A stretch of 64,000 nucleotides of DNA from Candidatus Micrarchaeia archaeon. Its GTDB lineage: Archaea; Micrarchaeota; Micrarchaeia; CAILAH01. Shown here piece by piece: positions 17,881-28,785 of the stretch. The notes beneath the pieces are model-generated. The model did not search any database. It was given only the letters and a program-made list of their open reading frames with translations, and was not told the DNA's origin. Every line of letters starts with the position of its first letter. Positions within the stretch are counted from its first letter, which is position 1. The translations under genes and the position numbers were made by a program. Location of the stretch: positions 65,061 through 129,060 of the forward strand of contig JAVZCB010000004.1 in NCBI GenBank assembly GCA_038874595.1, written 5' to 3'.

Positions 17881-19659
17881 TTGCGGGGAGAATATGCCGT
17901 GAAGGTCGGGATAGAAATACACCAGAGGCTGAATACTGGTAAGCTGTTCTGCAGGTGCCCATCAATTTCCAAGGGTATAACGCTTGGTGAAATCAGGAGG
18001 CAACTGCACGCAGTGAAAAGCGAGATGGGCGAGAAGGATATAGCTGCAGTGAAAGAGGAGCTCAAGAATGAATGGTTCACATACGTTGTTACTGATAACT
18101 CCTGCCTTGTTGAGACCGATGATGAGCCGCCGCATGAGCCAGACCGTGATGCGCTGCTTGTGGCGGTTGCGGTCGCAAAACATATGCACATGTCAATCGT
18201 GGATGAGATTTTCTTTATGCGTAAGATTGTGATTGATGGCAGTAATACCTCCGGCTTCCAGCGGACGGGTATGATTGGGCTTGGGGGATACCTTAAATGC
18301 AAGAGCGGAAAAATTGGGATACAGTCGCTGTTTCTTGAGGAGGAGAGCGCGGGCATAATCGATGAGAAGGGGAGTGCAAAATTCTCGCTTGACAGGCTTG
18401 GCATCCCGCTGATTGAGATTGCAACTGCACCTGATATTAAGAGCGGTGAGCAGGCGCGTGAGGTTGCAGAATCCATAGGAATGATGCTCAGGATGACCGG
18501 GATGGCTGCACGCGGTATAGGTACTATAAGGCAAGACCTTAACATATCAGCGGACGGCGGGACAAGATGTGAGATTAAAGGTGTGCAGGAGCTTGATGAT
18601 ATCCCGTTGATTGTTGATAAGGAGGTTAAAAGGCAGGAGCGGCTTCTCGAGCTGATACCTAAAATCCCTGCTGAAGAGAAACCGAGCGAAATCGTTTATG
18701 TTGATGTTACTGAACAATTCAAGAACGGGAAAGGATTCATACAAAAAGCCATTTCTGAAGGTGCGCGTGCCATAGGTGTGCTGCTCCCAGGAATGAAGGG
18801 ATTGCTTGGATACGAGTTATACGAAAACCGGCGGTACGGCACTGAGCTTGCGGATTATGCACGCGTGTTCGGGTTTGGTGGGATGATACACGGTGATGAG
18901 GATTTTGCAAAGTACGGTGTTGATAAGGAAGCTGTTGAGCGCGAGCTTAAGGTGGGCTTGAGAAGCTCGTATGCCATACTCATCGGCAAGTTTGATGAGA
19001 AGATGCGTATGGCATTCCAAAGCATCATTGACAGGGCGTATATGAAAAAGATACCTGCTGAAACAAGAAAAGCACTTAAAAACGGCGAGAGCCAGTACAT
19101 GCGCCCGATGCCTACAGGTGCACGTATGTACCCAGAAACAGATGTTGAGCCGATTATTGTTGATGAGCATATCCTGAAAGAGTGTGAGAAGTATTTGCCG
19201 CGCGACCCTGATGAAGTGCTCAGTGAGCTTGAAAAACAGACCAATAAGGAGCTTGCACTGAACCTCTTGCATTCGCCGCGGTTGGGTGCATACTATAAAG
19301 CTATTGAGAAAGGGGCAGATGCGAAAACAGCGGCAGTAACTTTTGTTAATACAATGAAGGCGCTGGCGCGCGAGGGGCTGCCTGTTGAGAAGATTGATGA
19401 TGATAAGATAATTGAAGTACTCGTGAGACAGGCGAGAGGTGAGATTACAAAGAAAGCTGTGGAAGAAGTGCTTAGGCAGATGTGCAGAAAGCCAAACGTA
19501 GATGTTGAAAGTATCATAGAAAAAGGGGATTTGAAAAGGATAACCGGTGATGCGCTCAAAAAGATAGTCATTGAAGAAAAAGGGGATATACAGAAAATCC
19601 TCTCAAAGTACAGGTTAAGGGTAGAGGCGGAAGAGCTTGCCGGCCTTATTGGGTCTTGA
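17881..19659 (+). CDS. gatE: Glu-tRNA(Gln) amidotransferase subunit E
   Basis: GIEIHQRL, RKIVIDGSNTSGFQRT, LDRLGIPLIEIAT, RGIGTIRQD and RMYPETD. Confidence 0.96.
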   Translation: MRGEYAVKVGIEIHQRLNTGKLFCRCPSISKGITLGEIRRQLHAVKSEMGEKDIAAVKEELKNEWFTYVVTDNSCLVETDDEPPHEPDRDALLVAVAVAKHMHMSIVDEIFFMRKIVIDGSNTSGFQRTGMIGLGGYLKCKSGKIGIQSLFLEEESAGIIDEKGSAKFSLDRLGIPLIEIATAPDIKSGEQAREVAESIGMMLRMTGMAARGIGTIRQDLNISADGGTRCEIKGVQELDDIPLIVDKEVKRQERLLELIPKIPAEEKPSEIVYVDVTEQFKNGKGFIQKAISEGARAIGVLLPGMKGLLGYELYENRRYGTELADYARVFGFGGMIHGDEDFAKYGVDKEAVERELKVGLRSSYAILIGKFDEKMRMAFQSIIDRAYMKKIPAETRKALKNGESQYMRPMPTGARMYPETDVEPIIVDEHILKECEKYLPRDPDEVLSELEKQTNKELALNLLHSPRLGAYYKAIEKGADAKTAAVTFVNTMKALAREGLPVEKIDDDKIIEVLVRQARGEITKKAVEEVLRQMCRKPNVDVESIIEKGDLKRITGDALKKIVIEEKGDIQKILSKYRLRVEAEELAGLIGS

Positions 19660-19729
19660 TAATTTGTGTGCTTTTTGGCGTTTCGTGCTGTGGCGACATT
19701 TTTATTGATTAGATAGCATTAAAGAAAAG

Positions 19730-20362
19730 ATGGAAGAATTGCTTTACAGGATTAGGTATGCGGATGACAGTATTACTGCACTGATTAACAAAAGATGGGC
19801 TGAATTCCAGAAGATGAAAAATGCCAGTGAAAATGATTGGTTTTCTGAGTTATGCTTTTGTATCTTAACGGCCAATGCATCTGCCGAGATGGGGATACGG
19901 GTGCAGAACGCGCTCGGGTATGAGGGGTTTGCAAAAATACCTGCCGGGCAACTTCCTGAATCCCTTAAAAAAGCCGGGTCGAGGTTTTATAACAGGCGTG
20001 CAGAGTTCATAATAGGCGCGAGAAAGTTTGATGGGAAGCTGAAGAAGATACTACTTGGTATTGAAAATGAGGGTGAAAGGCGCGAGTGGCTTGTTAAAAA
20101 CATCAAGGGCATAGGGTATAAGGAGGCGAGCCATTTCCTAAGAAATGTGGGTGCGGCACAGGATGTTGCAATCATAGATAAGCATATATTGAGGCTGCTC
20201 AAAAAGCATAAAATTATTGGTGAGACTAAAAAAATGGCTGGCAGGGAAAAATACATTGAGATAGAAAATGCAATTAAGAAAATTGCAAAAAAAGCCGATA
20301 TGCCTGTGGGAAAGCTGGACCTGTACCTGTGGCATATGCAAACCGGCAAAGTGCTGAAATAA
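19730..20362 (+). CDS. ogg: 8-oxoguanine N-glycosylase/AP lyase (Ogg2 type)
   Basis: ELCFCILTAN, KGIGYKEASHFLRNVG, AIIDKH and LDLYLW...TGKVLK. Confidence 0.93.
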   Translation: MEELLYRIRYADDSITALINKRWAEFQKMKNASENDWFSELCFCILTANASAEMGIRVQNALGYEGFAKIPAGQLPESLKKAGSRFYNRRAEFIIGARKFDGKLKKILLGIENEGERREWLVKNIKGIGYKEASHFLRNVGAAQDVAIIDKHILRLLKKHKIIGETKKMAGREKYIEIENAIKKIAKKADMPVGKLDLYLWHMQTGKVLK

Positions 20363-20379
20363 AAAGTTCTTATGATGAA

Positions 20380-22245
20380 ATGAATGTAGTGAAATCTGGG
20401 TACGGTGTTGATGTGATACTTGAGATAAAAAGAAAGATTGCAGAGAAGGTTGCCGAGGCACTCAAAAAAGAGTATGGGATAAGTGCCAGTGCTGAGGATA
20501 TAATCAACCTTGTGCAGGACGGCGGTGTTGAAGATGTTGATATTGAGTGTAGGGCAGCGTTCAGGTTTGCAAAGGAAGTGCGTGCAAGGCCAGCCGAGAT
20601 TGCAGAAAGGATTATGCCACATCTCAGGGATGAGCTGTACTCAACGAGCAACGCAAACGGATATATCAACTTCACGTTTACACATAAGTTCTATGAGAGG
20701 TTTGTCAGGGATTACGAGCTTAAGTTCCCGAAGAATAACATTAAGGTTATTGTGGAGTATCCAAGCGTAAATCCAAACAAGCCGCTGCATATCGGGCATT
20801 TGAGGAATGCAGTAATCGGGGACTGCATAGCAAACCTGCTTGAGTATTGCGGTTACGATGTAATACGAATGGATTATATTGATGACCTTGGGCTTCAGGT
20901 TGCGCAGAGCTTGTGGATGTGCATGCACGGTGCAGTGCCTGAGGAGGGCAAGAAATATGACCACTGGCTTGGCGAGATGTACGTTGAGGCCGCAAAGAAG
21001 TATGAAGAAAGCGAAGAGGTCAGGAAAGAAGTTGAGGAGATAATGAAAAAGCTTGAAGAGGGTGAGCATACTGTTGCACACCTCGGCCGTGAGATGGCAA
21101 TGCAGTGTGTTGAGGCACAGAAGGCCACACTCCAGAGAATGAACATATTCCAGGATGTCCTTGTATGGGAAAGCGATATCGTGCGCGCAAACCTGCTGAA
21201 GAGCGGTTTGGATATCCTTGAAAAGAAAAAGATACTGAAAACTGCCGGGAAGGACAGCAAATATGCTGGCTGTAAGATAATCGAGCTGAGCACGCACCCA
21301 CTATTTAAGCATCTTACAGATGCGGACAAGGTACTTGTGCGCGCGAACGGTGTTGCAACGTATACTGCAAAAGATATCTCATTCCAGATGTGGAAGTTTG
21401 GCATAATCAAGGATACGCTTGTGTTTGATAAGATGCTTATGCAAAAGAACGGCAGGCTGCTGTTTACGAGTTGTGCGCTCGGCCAGCCCGCAAACTTCAG
21501 CGGTGCAAAGAAGGTAATCAATGTTATAGGTGTGGAGCAGGAGTATCCACAGAGCGTAATCAGGGTAGCGCTTGAGATGGCGGGGTTTGCTGAGGAGGCC
21601 AAGAATTATAAGCACGTTGCGTATGGGCACGCGCGGCTTAAGGAGGGGAGGTTCTCAGGCAGGAAAGGGACGTGGATAGGATTCTCAGCAGATGAGCTCG
21701 CTGATGTAAGCGTCAGCAAGGCACAAGAGCGCATAAATGATAAGTTCAGGAATTATAGTGATGATGAAAAGAGAAACATAAGTGAAGCTGTTGGCATAGG
21801 TGCGATACGGTTCTCTTTTATCAGACTTGGCCCTGAGAAGGAGCTCGTGTTTGACTGGGACAAGGCACTAAGCTTTGATGGGGATAGCGGGCCATACCTG
21901 CAGTATGCGTATGCGCGTGCAATACACATCCTTGAAAAAGAGGCGATTGATGAGTATTGGGATGGGAGCATCGTGTTCACTGAGAAAGAAGAGATGCGGC
22001 TCATACGTGAGATTGCAAAGTTTGAGGAAGTATGCAGAAAAGCCGCTGATTCTTACGCACCGCACGATGTTGCAGATTATGCTATTAAGCTTTCAACACT
22101 GTTCAGCTCGTTTTATGTATCGTGCAGGGTCATTTGTGATGATAAAAATGTGTGCGAGAGCAGGAAACGGCTTGTAAGGAAGTATGCTGAGACGCTTGAG
22201 CGATGTTTGCGTATCCTTGGAATACCAATCATAAGGAATATGTGA
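20380..22245 (+). CDS. argS: Arginyl-tRNA synthetase
   Basis: VEYPSVNPNKPLHIGHLRN, FSGRKG and GPYLQYAYARA; start uncertain (20380 ATG or 20413 GTG). Confidence 0.96.
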   Translation: MNVVKSGYGVDVILEIKRKIAEKVAEALKKEYGISASAEDIINLVQDGGVEDVDIECRAAFRFAKEVRARPAEIAERIMPHLRDELYSTSNANGYINFTFTHKFYERFVRDYELKFPKNNIKVIVEYPSVNPNKPLHIGHLRNAVIGDCIANLLEYCGYDVIRMDYIDDLGLQVAQSLWMCMHGAVPEEGKKYDHWLGEMYVEAAKKYEESEEVRKEVEEIMKKLEEGEHTVAHLGREMAMQCVEAQKATLQRMNIFQDVLVWESDIVRANLLKSGLDILEKKKILKTAGKDSKYAGCKIIELSTHPLFKHLTDADKVLVRANGVATYTAKDISFQMWKFGIIKDTLVFDKMLMQKNGRLLFTSCALGQPANFSGAKKVINVIGVEQEYPQSVIRVALEMAGFAEEAKNYKHVAYGHARLKEGRFSGRKGTWIGFSADELADVSVSKAQERINDKFRNYSDDEKRNISEAVGIGAIRFSFIRLGPEKELVFDWDKALSFDGDSGPYLQYAYARAIHILEKEAIDEYWDGSIVFTEKEEMRLIREIAKFEEVCRKAADSYAPHDVADYAIKLSTLFSSFYVSCRVICDDKNVCESRKRLVRKYAETLERCLRILGIPIIRNM

Positions 22246-22423
22246 AAAATATGCAAATAAGGAATTATTCGTTAAGAAAAGAGTGCTTGAGGGAATATTG
22301 AGCATAAATAATGGGTATTAATTCTTAATAAGAATTATTTAGTTGTTAATATTCTTATAGGGAATACGCACAAAATAAAAAACTAATTTAAGCTTTGCTT
22401 GTGATTGCTTGCTAGGTGTCACT

Positions 22424-24748
22424 ATGGCATATGTTGTCTGGTTTGGTGATTTAAAGAAGGAAGATGTGGCAATTGCTGGCGGTAAAGGCGCAAACCTTGG
22501 CGAGATGACGAGAGCAGGATTACCGGTGCCGCCGGGGTTTGTGCTCACATCGGATGCATACTTCCAATTCATAAAAAACGAGGGGCTCGAGCAAAAAATC
22601 AAGAACATAATACGCAAAACAAATATCTATAATGCGGATGAGCTGCAAAAGGCAAGCAACGATATAAAAAAGCTCATAATGGATGGAAAAATGCCAAAGG
22701 ATGTTGAGAAAGAGCTCAGGAAGGCATACCAGATGCTGAGAGGCAATGAGAAGCAGTTCTTTGTAGCGGTGCGCAGCTCTGCAACTGCTGAAGACCTGCC
22801 TGAGGCGAGCTTTGCGGGCCAACAGGAATCGTTTGTAAACGTTGAAGATGAGGACGGCGTGGTTGAAGCGGTGCGCAAGTGCTGGGCATCGCTGTACGGT
22901 GCACGCGCAATATTTTATAGGGAAGAGCAGGGGTTCGGGGATAAGAAGGTTGGGCTTGCCGCAGTTGTGCAGCAGATGGTACAATCAGAGAAATCGGGTG
23001 TGATGTTCACAATAGAGCCGCAAACGAATGATGAGAATGTAATTGTGATTGAGGCGGTTTACGGGTTGGGGGAGGCAATCGTATCGGGTGCTGTAACTCC
23101 AGATACATACAAGATTGATAAGAAAAATATGGAGATTATTGATAAGCACATCTCAGAGCAGAAGTTCATGATCACGCGCGTTGGCAGTGATACCATACAC
23201 GTAAATGTTAAGGAAGATATGAGAGATAAGCAGAAAATCGATGATGAGCAAATACTTGAGCTTGCTGAGTTTGGAAAGAAGATTGAAGAACATTACGGGA
23301 AGCCACAGGATATTGAATGGGCAATGAGCGGGAAGAGCCTCTACATCGTGCAGAGCAGGCCGGTAACAACCACCAAGAAAAAAGGCACGGGCACCGCTGC
23401 ACAGCAGAAGCTTGCCAGTGTTGCCAATGCAAAGATTATAGTGAGAGGGCTTGGTGCAACAACGGGTGCAAGCGGCGGTAAGGTGCGCGTGCTCAGCAGC
23501 CCGAAAGATATTGGTAAGGTTGAGAGCGGTGACATACTGGTTGCCAAAATGACATCACCTGATTTTGTGCCTGCTATGCGAAAGGCAAGCGCGATAGTTA
23601 CAGATGAAGGGGGGATTACATCACACGCGGCAATTGTAAGCAGGGAGTTGGGGATACCGTGCATTGTCGGGACCACAAACGCGACAAGCGTGCTCAAGGA
23701 CGGAATGGTTGTTACTGTTGATGCGGACCACGGGCTCGTTTATGAAGGTATGGTGGATGTCGGCCAGAAGCATGCGGATGAGAAGCCATTATCACTCTCG
23801 GCTATAGAGGCAAAAATACCCACCGGCACAAAGGTATACGTAAACCTTGCAGAGCCCGCACTTGCAGAGAGTGTGGCGGCGCGCGATGTTGACGGGGTAG
23901 GCCTTCTCCGTGCAGAGTTCATGATTGCTGATATTGGAGTACACCCGCGCAAGATGTATGAGGAGAATAGGCAGGAGGAGTTCATAGATAAGCTTACTGA
24001 AGGGATAAGGAGGATTGCAGCGGCGTTCTACCCGCGCCCAGTGGTTTACAGGACAACTGATTTCAAGACCAATGAGTATAGGGCGCTTGAAGGCGGTGAG
24101 AAGTATGAGCCGCAGGAAAACAATCCAATGATAGGGTACCGCGGGTGCTCCAGGTATATACATGACCCTGAAGTGTTCAAGATGGAGCTGATGGCAATCA
24201 GGAAAGTGCGCGATAAGTACGGGCTGAAGAATGTGTGGGTTATGGTACCGTTCGTGCGCCGTGTAGGCGAGCTTGTGCACGTTAATGAGCTTATGAAAGA
24301 GGCAGGGCTGCACAGGACTAAGGATTTCAAATTGTGGGCGATGGTTGAAGTGCCTTCAGCGGTGTTTATGATTGATGAGATTGCAAAGCACGTTGACGGT
24401 GTCTCAATAGGTAGCAATGACCTTACCCAGCTCATTATGGGGATTGATAGGGATAATGTAATGCTGGCGCGCGAGTTTGATGAGAGAAATACTGCCGTGT
24501 TAAGGGCAATAAAACACGTAATAAAGGAGTGCAACAAACAAGGGGTTACCGTATCTTTATGCGGCCAGGCACCGAGTGTTTACCCAGAATTTGCAGAGAA
24601 GCTTGTTGAGTATGGGATAACGAGCATCTCCGTAAACCCGGATGTGATTGAGCGGGCAAGAAAGCTGGTTGCATCAGCCGAAAGAAAGCTCACACTAAAA
24701 ATGTTAAGAAACATACAAGAGAAGCTCTTAAAAGATGGTGATGAGTGA
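22424..24748 (+). CDS. ppsA: Phosphoenolpyruvate synthase
   Basis: GGKGANLGE, AVRSSATAED, GGITSHAAIVSRE (phospho-His), ENNPMIGYRG and SIGSNDLTQ. Confidence 0.96.
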   Translation: MAYVVWFGDLKKEDVAIAGGKGANLGEMTRAGLPVPPGFVLTSDAYFQFIKNEGLEQKIKNIIRKTNIYNADELQKASNDIKKLIMDGKMPKDVEKELRKAYQMLRGNEKQFFVAVRSSATAEDLPEASFAGQQESFVNVEDEDGVVEAVRKCWASLYGARAIFYREEQGFGDKKVGLAAVVQQMVQSEKSGVMFTIEPQTNDENVIVIEAVYGLGEAIVSGAVTPDTYKIDKKNMEIIDKHISEQKFMITRVGSDTIHVNVKEDMRDKQKIDDEQILELAEFGKKIEEHYGKPQDIEWAMSGKSLYIVQSRPVTTTKKKGTGTAAQQKLASVANAKIIVRGLGATTGASGGKVRVLSSPKDIGKVESGDILVAKMTSPDFVPAMRKASAIVTDEGGITSHAAIVSRELGIPCIVGTTNATSVLKDGMVVTVDADHGLVYEGMVDVGQKHADEKPLSLSAIEAKIPTGTKVYVNLAEPALAESVAARDVDGVGLLRAEFMIADIGVHPRKMYEENRQEEFIDKLTEGIRRIAAAFYPRPVVYRTTDFKTNEYRALEGGEKYEPQENNPMIGYRGCSRYIHDPEVFKMELMAIRKVRDKYGLKNVWVMVPFVRRVGELVHVNELMKEAGLHRTKDFKLWAMVEVPSAVFMIDEIAKHVDGVSIGSNDLTQLIMGIDRDNVMLAREFDERNTAVLRAIKHVIKECNKQGVTVSLCGQAPSVYPEFAEKLVEYGITSISVNPDVIERARKLVASAERKLTLKMLRNIQEKLLKDGDE

Positions 24749-24840
24749 AAAACAAATGTTGAACACACGTCATCTTCAAGCCGAGCAGCCACCCCATCAA
24801 TCACAACCTTTAAAAAATATGGATATCAAACCTTTTTGCA

Positions 24841-25776
24841 ATGAGGATACTATTGCAATTCCCAGAAGGATTAAAGCAGGATGCTCTTAGATACATAGAA
24901 AAATATGAGAACGAGGGGCACGAGGTAATTCTTTCAGGTGAGCCCATATACGGTGCGTGCGATATACCGCCACTTGAAAAAGCCAAACTGCTCAGATGCG
25001 ATAAAATTGTGCATTTTGGCCATACAAAATTCATGAATATTGCTGATATTAATGTTGAGTATGCTGTTGTGCCTGCTGATATACCGATTGAAGGGGTTTT
25101 GAAAGCTGCTGTTGAGGAGATAAAAAAGCACAAAGAGCATAAGAAAATTGGTTTGATAACAAACGCAAGCCATCTTCACCAGGTTGAACAAATAAAAACC
25201 GCACTTTCAAATGCAGGGTTTGAGTGCATAACTGCAAAAGGTAGCGCGAGATGTGATAATGAATGCCAGATCCTTGGGTGTGATGTAACAGCACTTAACA
25301 GCATCAGAAAAAATGTAGATTGCGTTGTTTATTTTGGTGCAGGGCAGTTCCACGCGTTTGCACCGGGTGCGATGGAAAAGAGCGAACTGCCACCAATCCT
25401 GTGGGTTGACCCTTACTCGCACGAGATAAAATGGATTAATGATGAGCTGAAACGCATACAAAAGATAAGGCAGGCTGCAATTGCACGTGCTTCAAATGCC
25501 TGTGTGTTCGGCATACTGGTGAGCACAAAAGCAGGACAGTATGCACTTGACAGTGCAGAGATAATAAAGGCTAAAATTGAAAATAGCACCAATAAGAATA
25601 ATGCCAAAAAGAGAAAGGCAGTCATAATTGTTAGTGATACGTTTGATTTTACAGCGCTCAATAATTTTACTGGAATTGAATGTTGGGTAAATACGGCGTG
25701 CCCGCGCATTGTAGATGACCAGAACAAGCTGCGCGCACCAATAATAAATGCGAGTGATGTTGAAGTTATACTTTGA
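24841..25776 (+). CDS. dph2: Diphthamide biosynthesis enzyme Dph2
   Basis: LQFPEGLK, YGACD, HFGH, QILGCD and TACPR (three Fe-S Cys). Confidence 0.93.
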   Translation: MRILLQFPEGLKQDALRYIEKYENEGHEVILSGEPIYGACDIPPLEKAKLLRCDKIVHFGHTKFMNIADINVEYAVVPADIPIEGVLKAAVEEIKKHKEHKKIGLITNASHLHQVEQIKTALSNAGFECITAKGSARCDNECQILGCDVTALNSIRKNVDCVVYFGAGQFHAFAPGAMEKSELPPILWVDPYSHEIKWINDELKRIQKIRQAAIARASNACVFGILVSTKAGQYALDSAEIIKAKIENSTNKNNAKKRKAVIIVSDTFDFTALNNFTGIECWVNTACPRIVDDQNKLRAPIINASDVEVIL

Positions 25777-25854
25777 TTTTTCTCTTACCACTCAAATCAA
25801 AAAAACCGGGGACACAAAAAAGAATAAGAAAAGAAAAAAAGGGTTTTTAGGACT

Positions 25855-28593
25855 TCAGCCTTGCAGCTTTGCAATGAAGTTGGCTGCTGCAGTCAGTGTG
25901 TCCTCAGCAGTGTAGCCTGCAACAACAATTTTGCCGTTGCCGACCTCCTGGACAACAACGTCACCGGCCTTCTCGAGCTTCACACCTGTGCCGCTGAGAA
26001 TTGCCTTTGTAACGGTGTTGACCTCGTCACCACCTACAGACACAACTGTCTCCAGGCTGCCTGCATTGGTGTCGAGCACCACGAGGTCTGCCGGGACGTT
26101 CTGCCTCTCACCGAGCTTGGACTTGTCAGCCACATTGAGCTGGCATGACACTTTGTCCAAACCAGAGACGCTTGCACTGCCCGCTGTACAGGAGCCAGTC
26201 TTCACGTCAATGCTCTTGACTTTGACCTTCACACCATCGGAGAGTGTTATTTCATCGCCCTCTTTCAGGTTGCTGTATGTCTCAGTCATTGAGCCGGACG
26301 CTTCAGCACTGACAGACTGCCACATGAAGGCAAGCGTTGCAACATCCTTTGCAAGGGTCACACCATACGTGCCAGAACCGGTGTCTGCAGAGTCAACATA
26401 GGAGCCCCTGTCTGTGTAGTAATAATCCTTCTCAATCTTCGTTGCAGTTGCACCTATGATGTTCCAGTGACCGGCATCCTCTGAAGCTGCGGTTGTATTT
26501 GCACCCAGACCAAATGGTGCAGGTGTGTAAGACTTGTAAATCACATAATTCTCTTCAGAGCCGTCGGTTGTGCCAGCAAAGTCGAACTCAAAGTCCATTG
26601 TTGAGTTCACTGGTACAGTACCAACCGGATTCTGTGTCTTCTGGATTGCCCTTATGCCGAGCCAGTCAGCGTTGCTGTTGCCTGCATCTTCACCAATGCT
26701 CACATAGAGTGTGTAGTAACCAGCACCACCAACTATTGCACCGTTAGCTGCCGCAAAAGCATAGTCACCACTAGCATTGTACTTGCCTACCATGAAGTAC
26801 ATCGGGTACTCTGCACCACCAAAGTTGTACTTAACCTTCCAGCCCTGTGCATATGTCCTGGTCATCTGGTTAGATTTTGCTTCCTGTACAGGCACGTAGT
26901 CACCACCTACATCCACAAGAACAACTGGGCTTGTTGTGTACATTGTATTTGTGGTTGTCAGGTTGCGTGAAACGGGCGCATAGATGAACTCATCTGTGGT
27001 TATCTCGTTGTTTATCTTATCCAAGAACTTGAAGATCTTGGAACCCGCAGATACACGTACAACCTTTGCGCTCGTTGAGCCGCGTGGACCTGTGTAGTAG
27101 GTTGGCCCTGCTGAGTTAGAGTGGTTGGATGCAGTTACCGTGTGGTCATATGAGAACCCGCCTGCACCTTCAAGCGAGAAGGTAACCGGCACGTAGTCCT
27201 TGTCCTGCAGCTTGTTGCCGCTGAACGTGAACCTCCACCTTGCAGGAACCTTCAGCACATCAAGTGAGTCGCCTGGGTTCATGTTGGTGTACTGCCCAGT
27301 CCTTGTCAGGTAGATCTGGATTTTGTGCAGTGCATCCATCTTTGGGCTCGCAGCATCCCTGTCCTTCCAAATGAGCCTTGCCTTGAAGTCCTTGTTGTTT
27401 GTGTCATCAATCTTCTGGCCGTTCTCAAGGGTAATCTCATTTGAGAACACTGCTACCTCTGCCCACTTCTCTGCAAGTGTATAACCTGGAGCTGCCTGGT
27501 AGACACGCACCCTGTATGTGTTGCCGCCTGCAGCAATCTCAGTGGTTGCACCCTGCGCAACAACCTTGTTTGCAATCTCTTCACCAGCAGAGTTCTTTAT
27601 GCTGAAGATTGCAAGGTCGGTTGGCTGGCCACCAGATGCGGGCTTAAGGTCACCGAGGACGAGCTTGTTGCCGTCGCCAAGGTCGAGGGACTCACCGATT
27701 TGCAGTTTTGGCGAGTATGCACTCTCCTTTGCGAGCTTTATCTTACCCGCGGTCGTTGTTGGAGGTGTTGGATAATCACTCATCTCAGACACGACCCACT
27801 CCTCACCGAGGTACATAACCTTAACCCTGTGGTTTTCAGTTGCCTTGTCAAGGTTGTAGTTCGGGTGGGCAGAATTCTTACAGTATGCCCAGTCGCCACC
27901 AACAGAGTCGCCACATACTGGGAGGCCATCGTTGCCGAACACTATCTCGTATGCAACCTGTGTGTTCTCAGACCTGAAGTCACCATCTACATCGTTTGAG
28001 AAGTAGACTTTGTCTGACTTCACGTAGAGATACTGGTTCTCATCATATGTGTTGCCGGAGTGTGTGTCGTGAACAACATAGTCCTTCAGCGGTGGGTAGT
28101 TGCTACCGCTAATCTTCAATGCGGTCAGCTGGGTTGCAGAGTTGCCATCCCATGGGCTACCAGTAACCTTGTCCTCTGCCCTGTTCTTTGTTGCCAGGTC
28201 GATGTAGTCAGAGATATATGTCTCAAACCCATACGCACCTGCGGGGATAACACCTGCCGGTGTGGTAACCTCAAGGGTCACGGACTTGCTGAGCACCTCA
28301 CAAGCACCTGCATTACTTGCAGCACAAGTCAAACCGTCAAGACCGGTTGGTGTTGCAGTGACTGCAGCCTGCTTAAATGCAAGGTTGCCCAAGACAGCCG
28401 CAATGTTCGCAGCAGCTACGCCGTCACTTGCCTTCGCAGCAGCACCAACAACGACCTTGGCCTGAGGTACGCCGTTGGCGTTAATCAGCTCAGTGTTCCC
28501 AAAGGACACTGCGCCTGCGCCCAGCAGTGCACTTCCCAATAGGGTTGCGCCAGCCGCCAGAGCGACTATCTTCTTCGTATTCAGACTTTTCAT
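25855..28593 (-). CDS. S-layer protein (Methanococcus/Thermococcus type)
   Basis: KKIVALAAG leader, VVVGAAA-x-x-SD-x-VAAANIAA N-domain, VGG-x-x-VN and IVVAGY-x-AEDT C-domain; SD GAGGTGA. Confidence 0.88.
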   Translation of the reverse strand: MKSLNTKKIVALAAGATLLGSALLGAGAVSFGNTELINANGVPQAKVVVGAAAKASDGVAAANIAAVLGNLAFKQAAVTATPTGLDGLTCAASNAGACEVLSKSVTLEVTTPAGVIPAGAYGFETYISDYIDLATKNRAEDKVTGSPWDGNSATQLTALKISGSNYPPLKDYVVHDTHSGNTYDENQYLYVKSDKVYFSNDVDGDFRSENTQVAYEIVFGNDGLPVCGDSVGGDWAYCKNSAHPNYNLDKATENHRVKVMYLGEEWVVSEMSDYPTPPTTTAGKIKLAKESAYSPKLQIGESLDLGDGNKLVLGDLKPASGGQPTDLAIFSIKNSAGEEIANKVVAQGATTEIAAGGNTYRVRVYQAAPGYTLAEKWAEVAVFSNEITLENGQKIDDTNNKDFKARLIWKDRDAASPKMDALHKIQIYLTRTGQYTNMNPGDSLDVLKVPARWRFTFSGNKLQDKDYVPVTFSLEGAGGFSYDHTVTASNHSNSAGPTYYTGPRGSTSAKVVRVSAGSKIFKFLDKINNEITTDEFIYAPVSRNLTTTNTMYTTSPVVLVDVGGDYVPVQEAKSNQMTRTYAQGWKVKYNFGGAEYPMYFMVGKYNASGDYAFAAANGAIVGGAGYYTLYVSIGEDAGNSNADWLGIRAIQKTQNPVGTVPVNSTMDFEFDFAGTTDGSEENYVIYKSYTPAPFGLGANTTAASEDAGHWNIIGATATKIEKDYYYTDRGSYVDSADTGSGTYGVTLAKDVATLAFMWQSVSAEASGSMTETYSNLKEGDEITLSDGVKVKVKSIDVKTGSCTAGSASVSGLDKVSCQLNVADKSKLGERQNVPADLVVLDTNAGSLETVVSVGGDEVNTVTKAILSGTGVKLEKAGDVVVQEVGNGKIVVAGYTAEDTLTAAANFIAKLQG

Positions 28594-28595
28594 CC

Positions 28596-28681
28596 ATTCA
28601 CCTCAATTTTTTGGGTATGGAGAAGGCTATGGCTTAGCCTCACTCCGATGGTATTCTGATTAACGAGGAAGATTTATAAAA
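28596..28681 (-). promoter_or_regulatory. S-layer promoter, 5' UTR hairpin and SD
   Basis: TTTATAAA box near 28673-28680; leader GGAG-TG-AGGCTA-AGCCA-TAGCCT-T-CTCC; GAGGTGA before the ATG. Confidence 0.6.
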
Positions 28682-28785
28682 CTAAACCCGTATTATTCAC
28701 TTTTGTATATATATCCTGCTTAATATTACGGCGTTTGCAATTGTTAATATCGCAAATGTCGAACTTAACGAGAGAGCTTATATTT

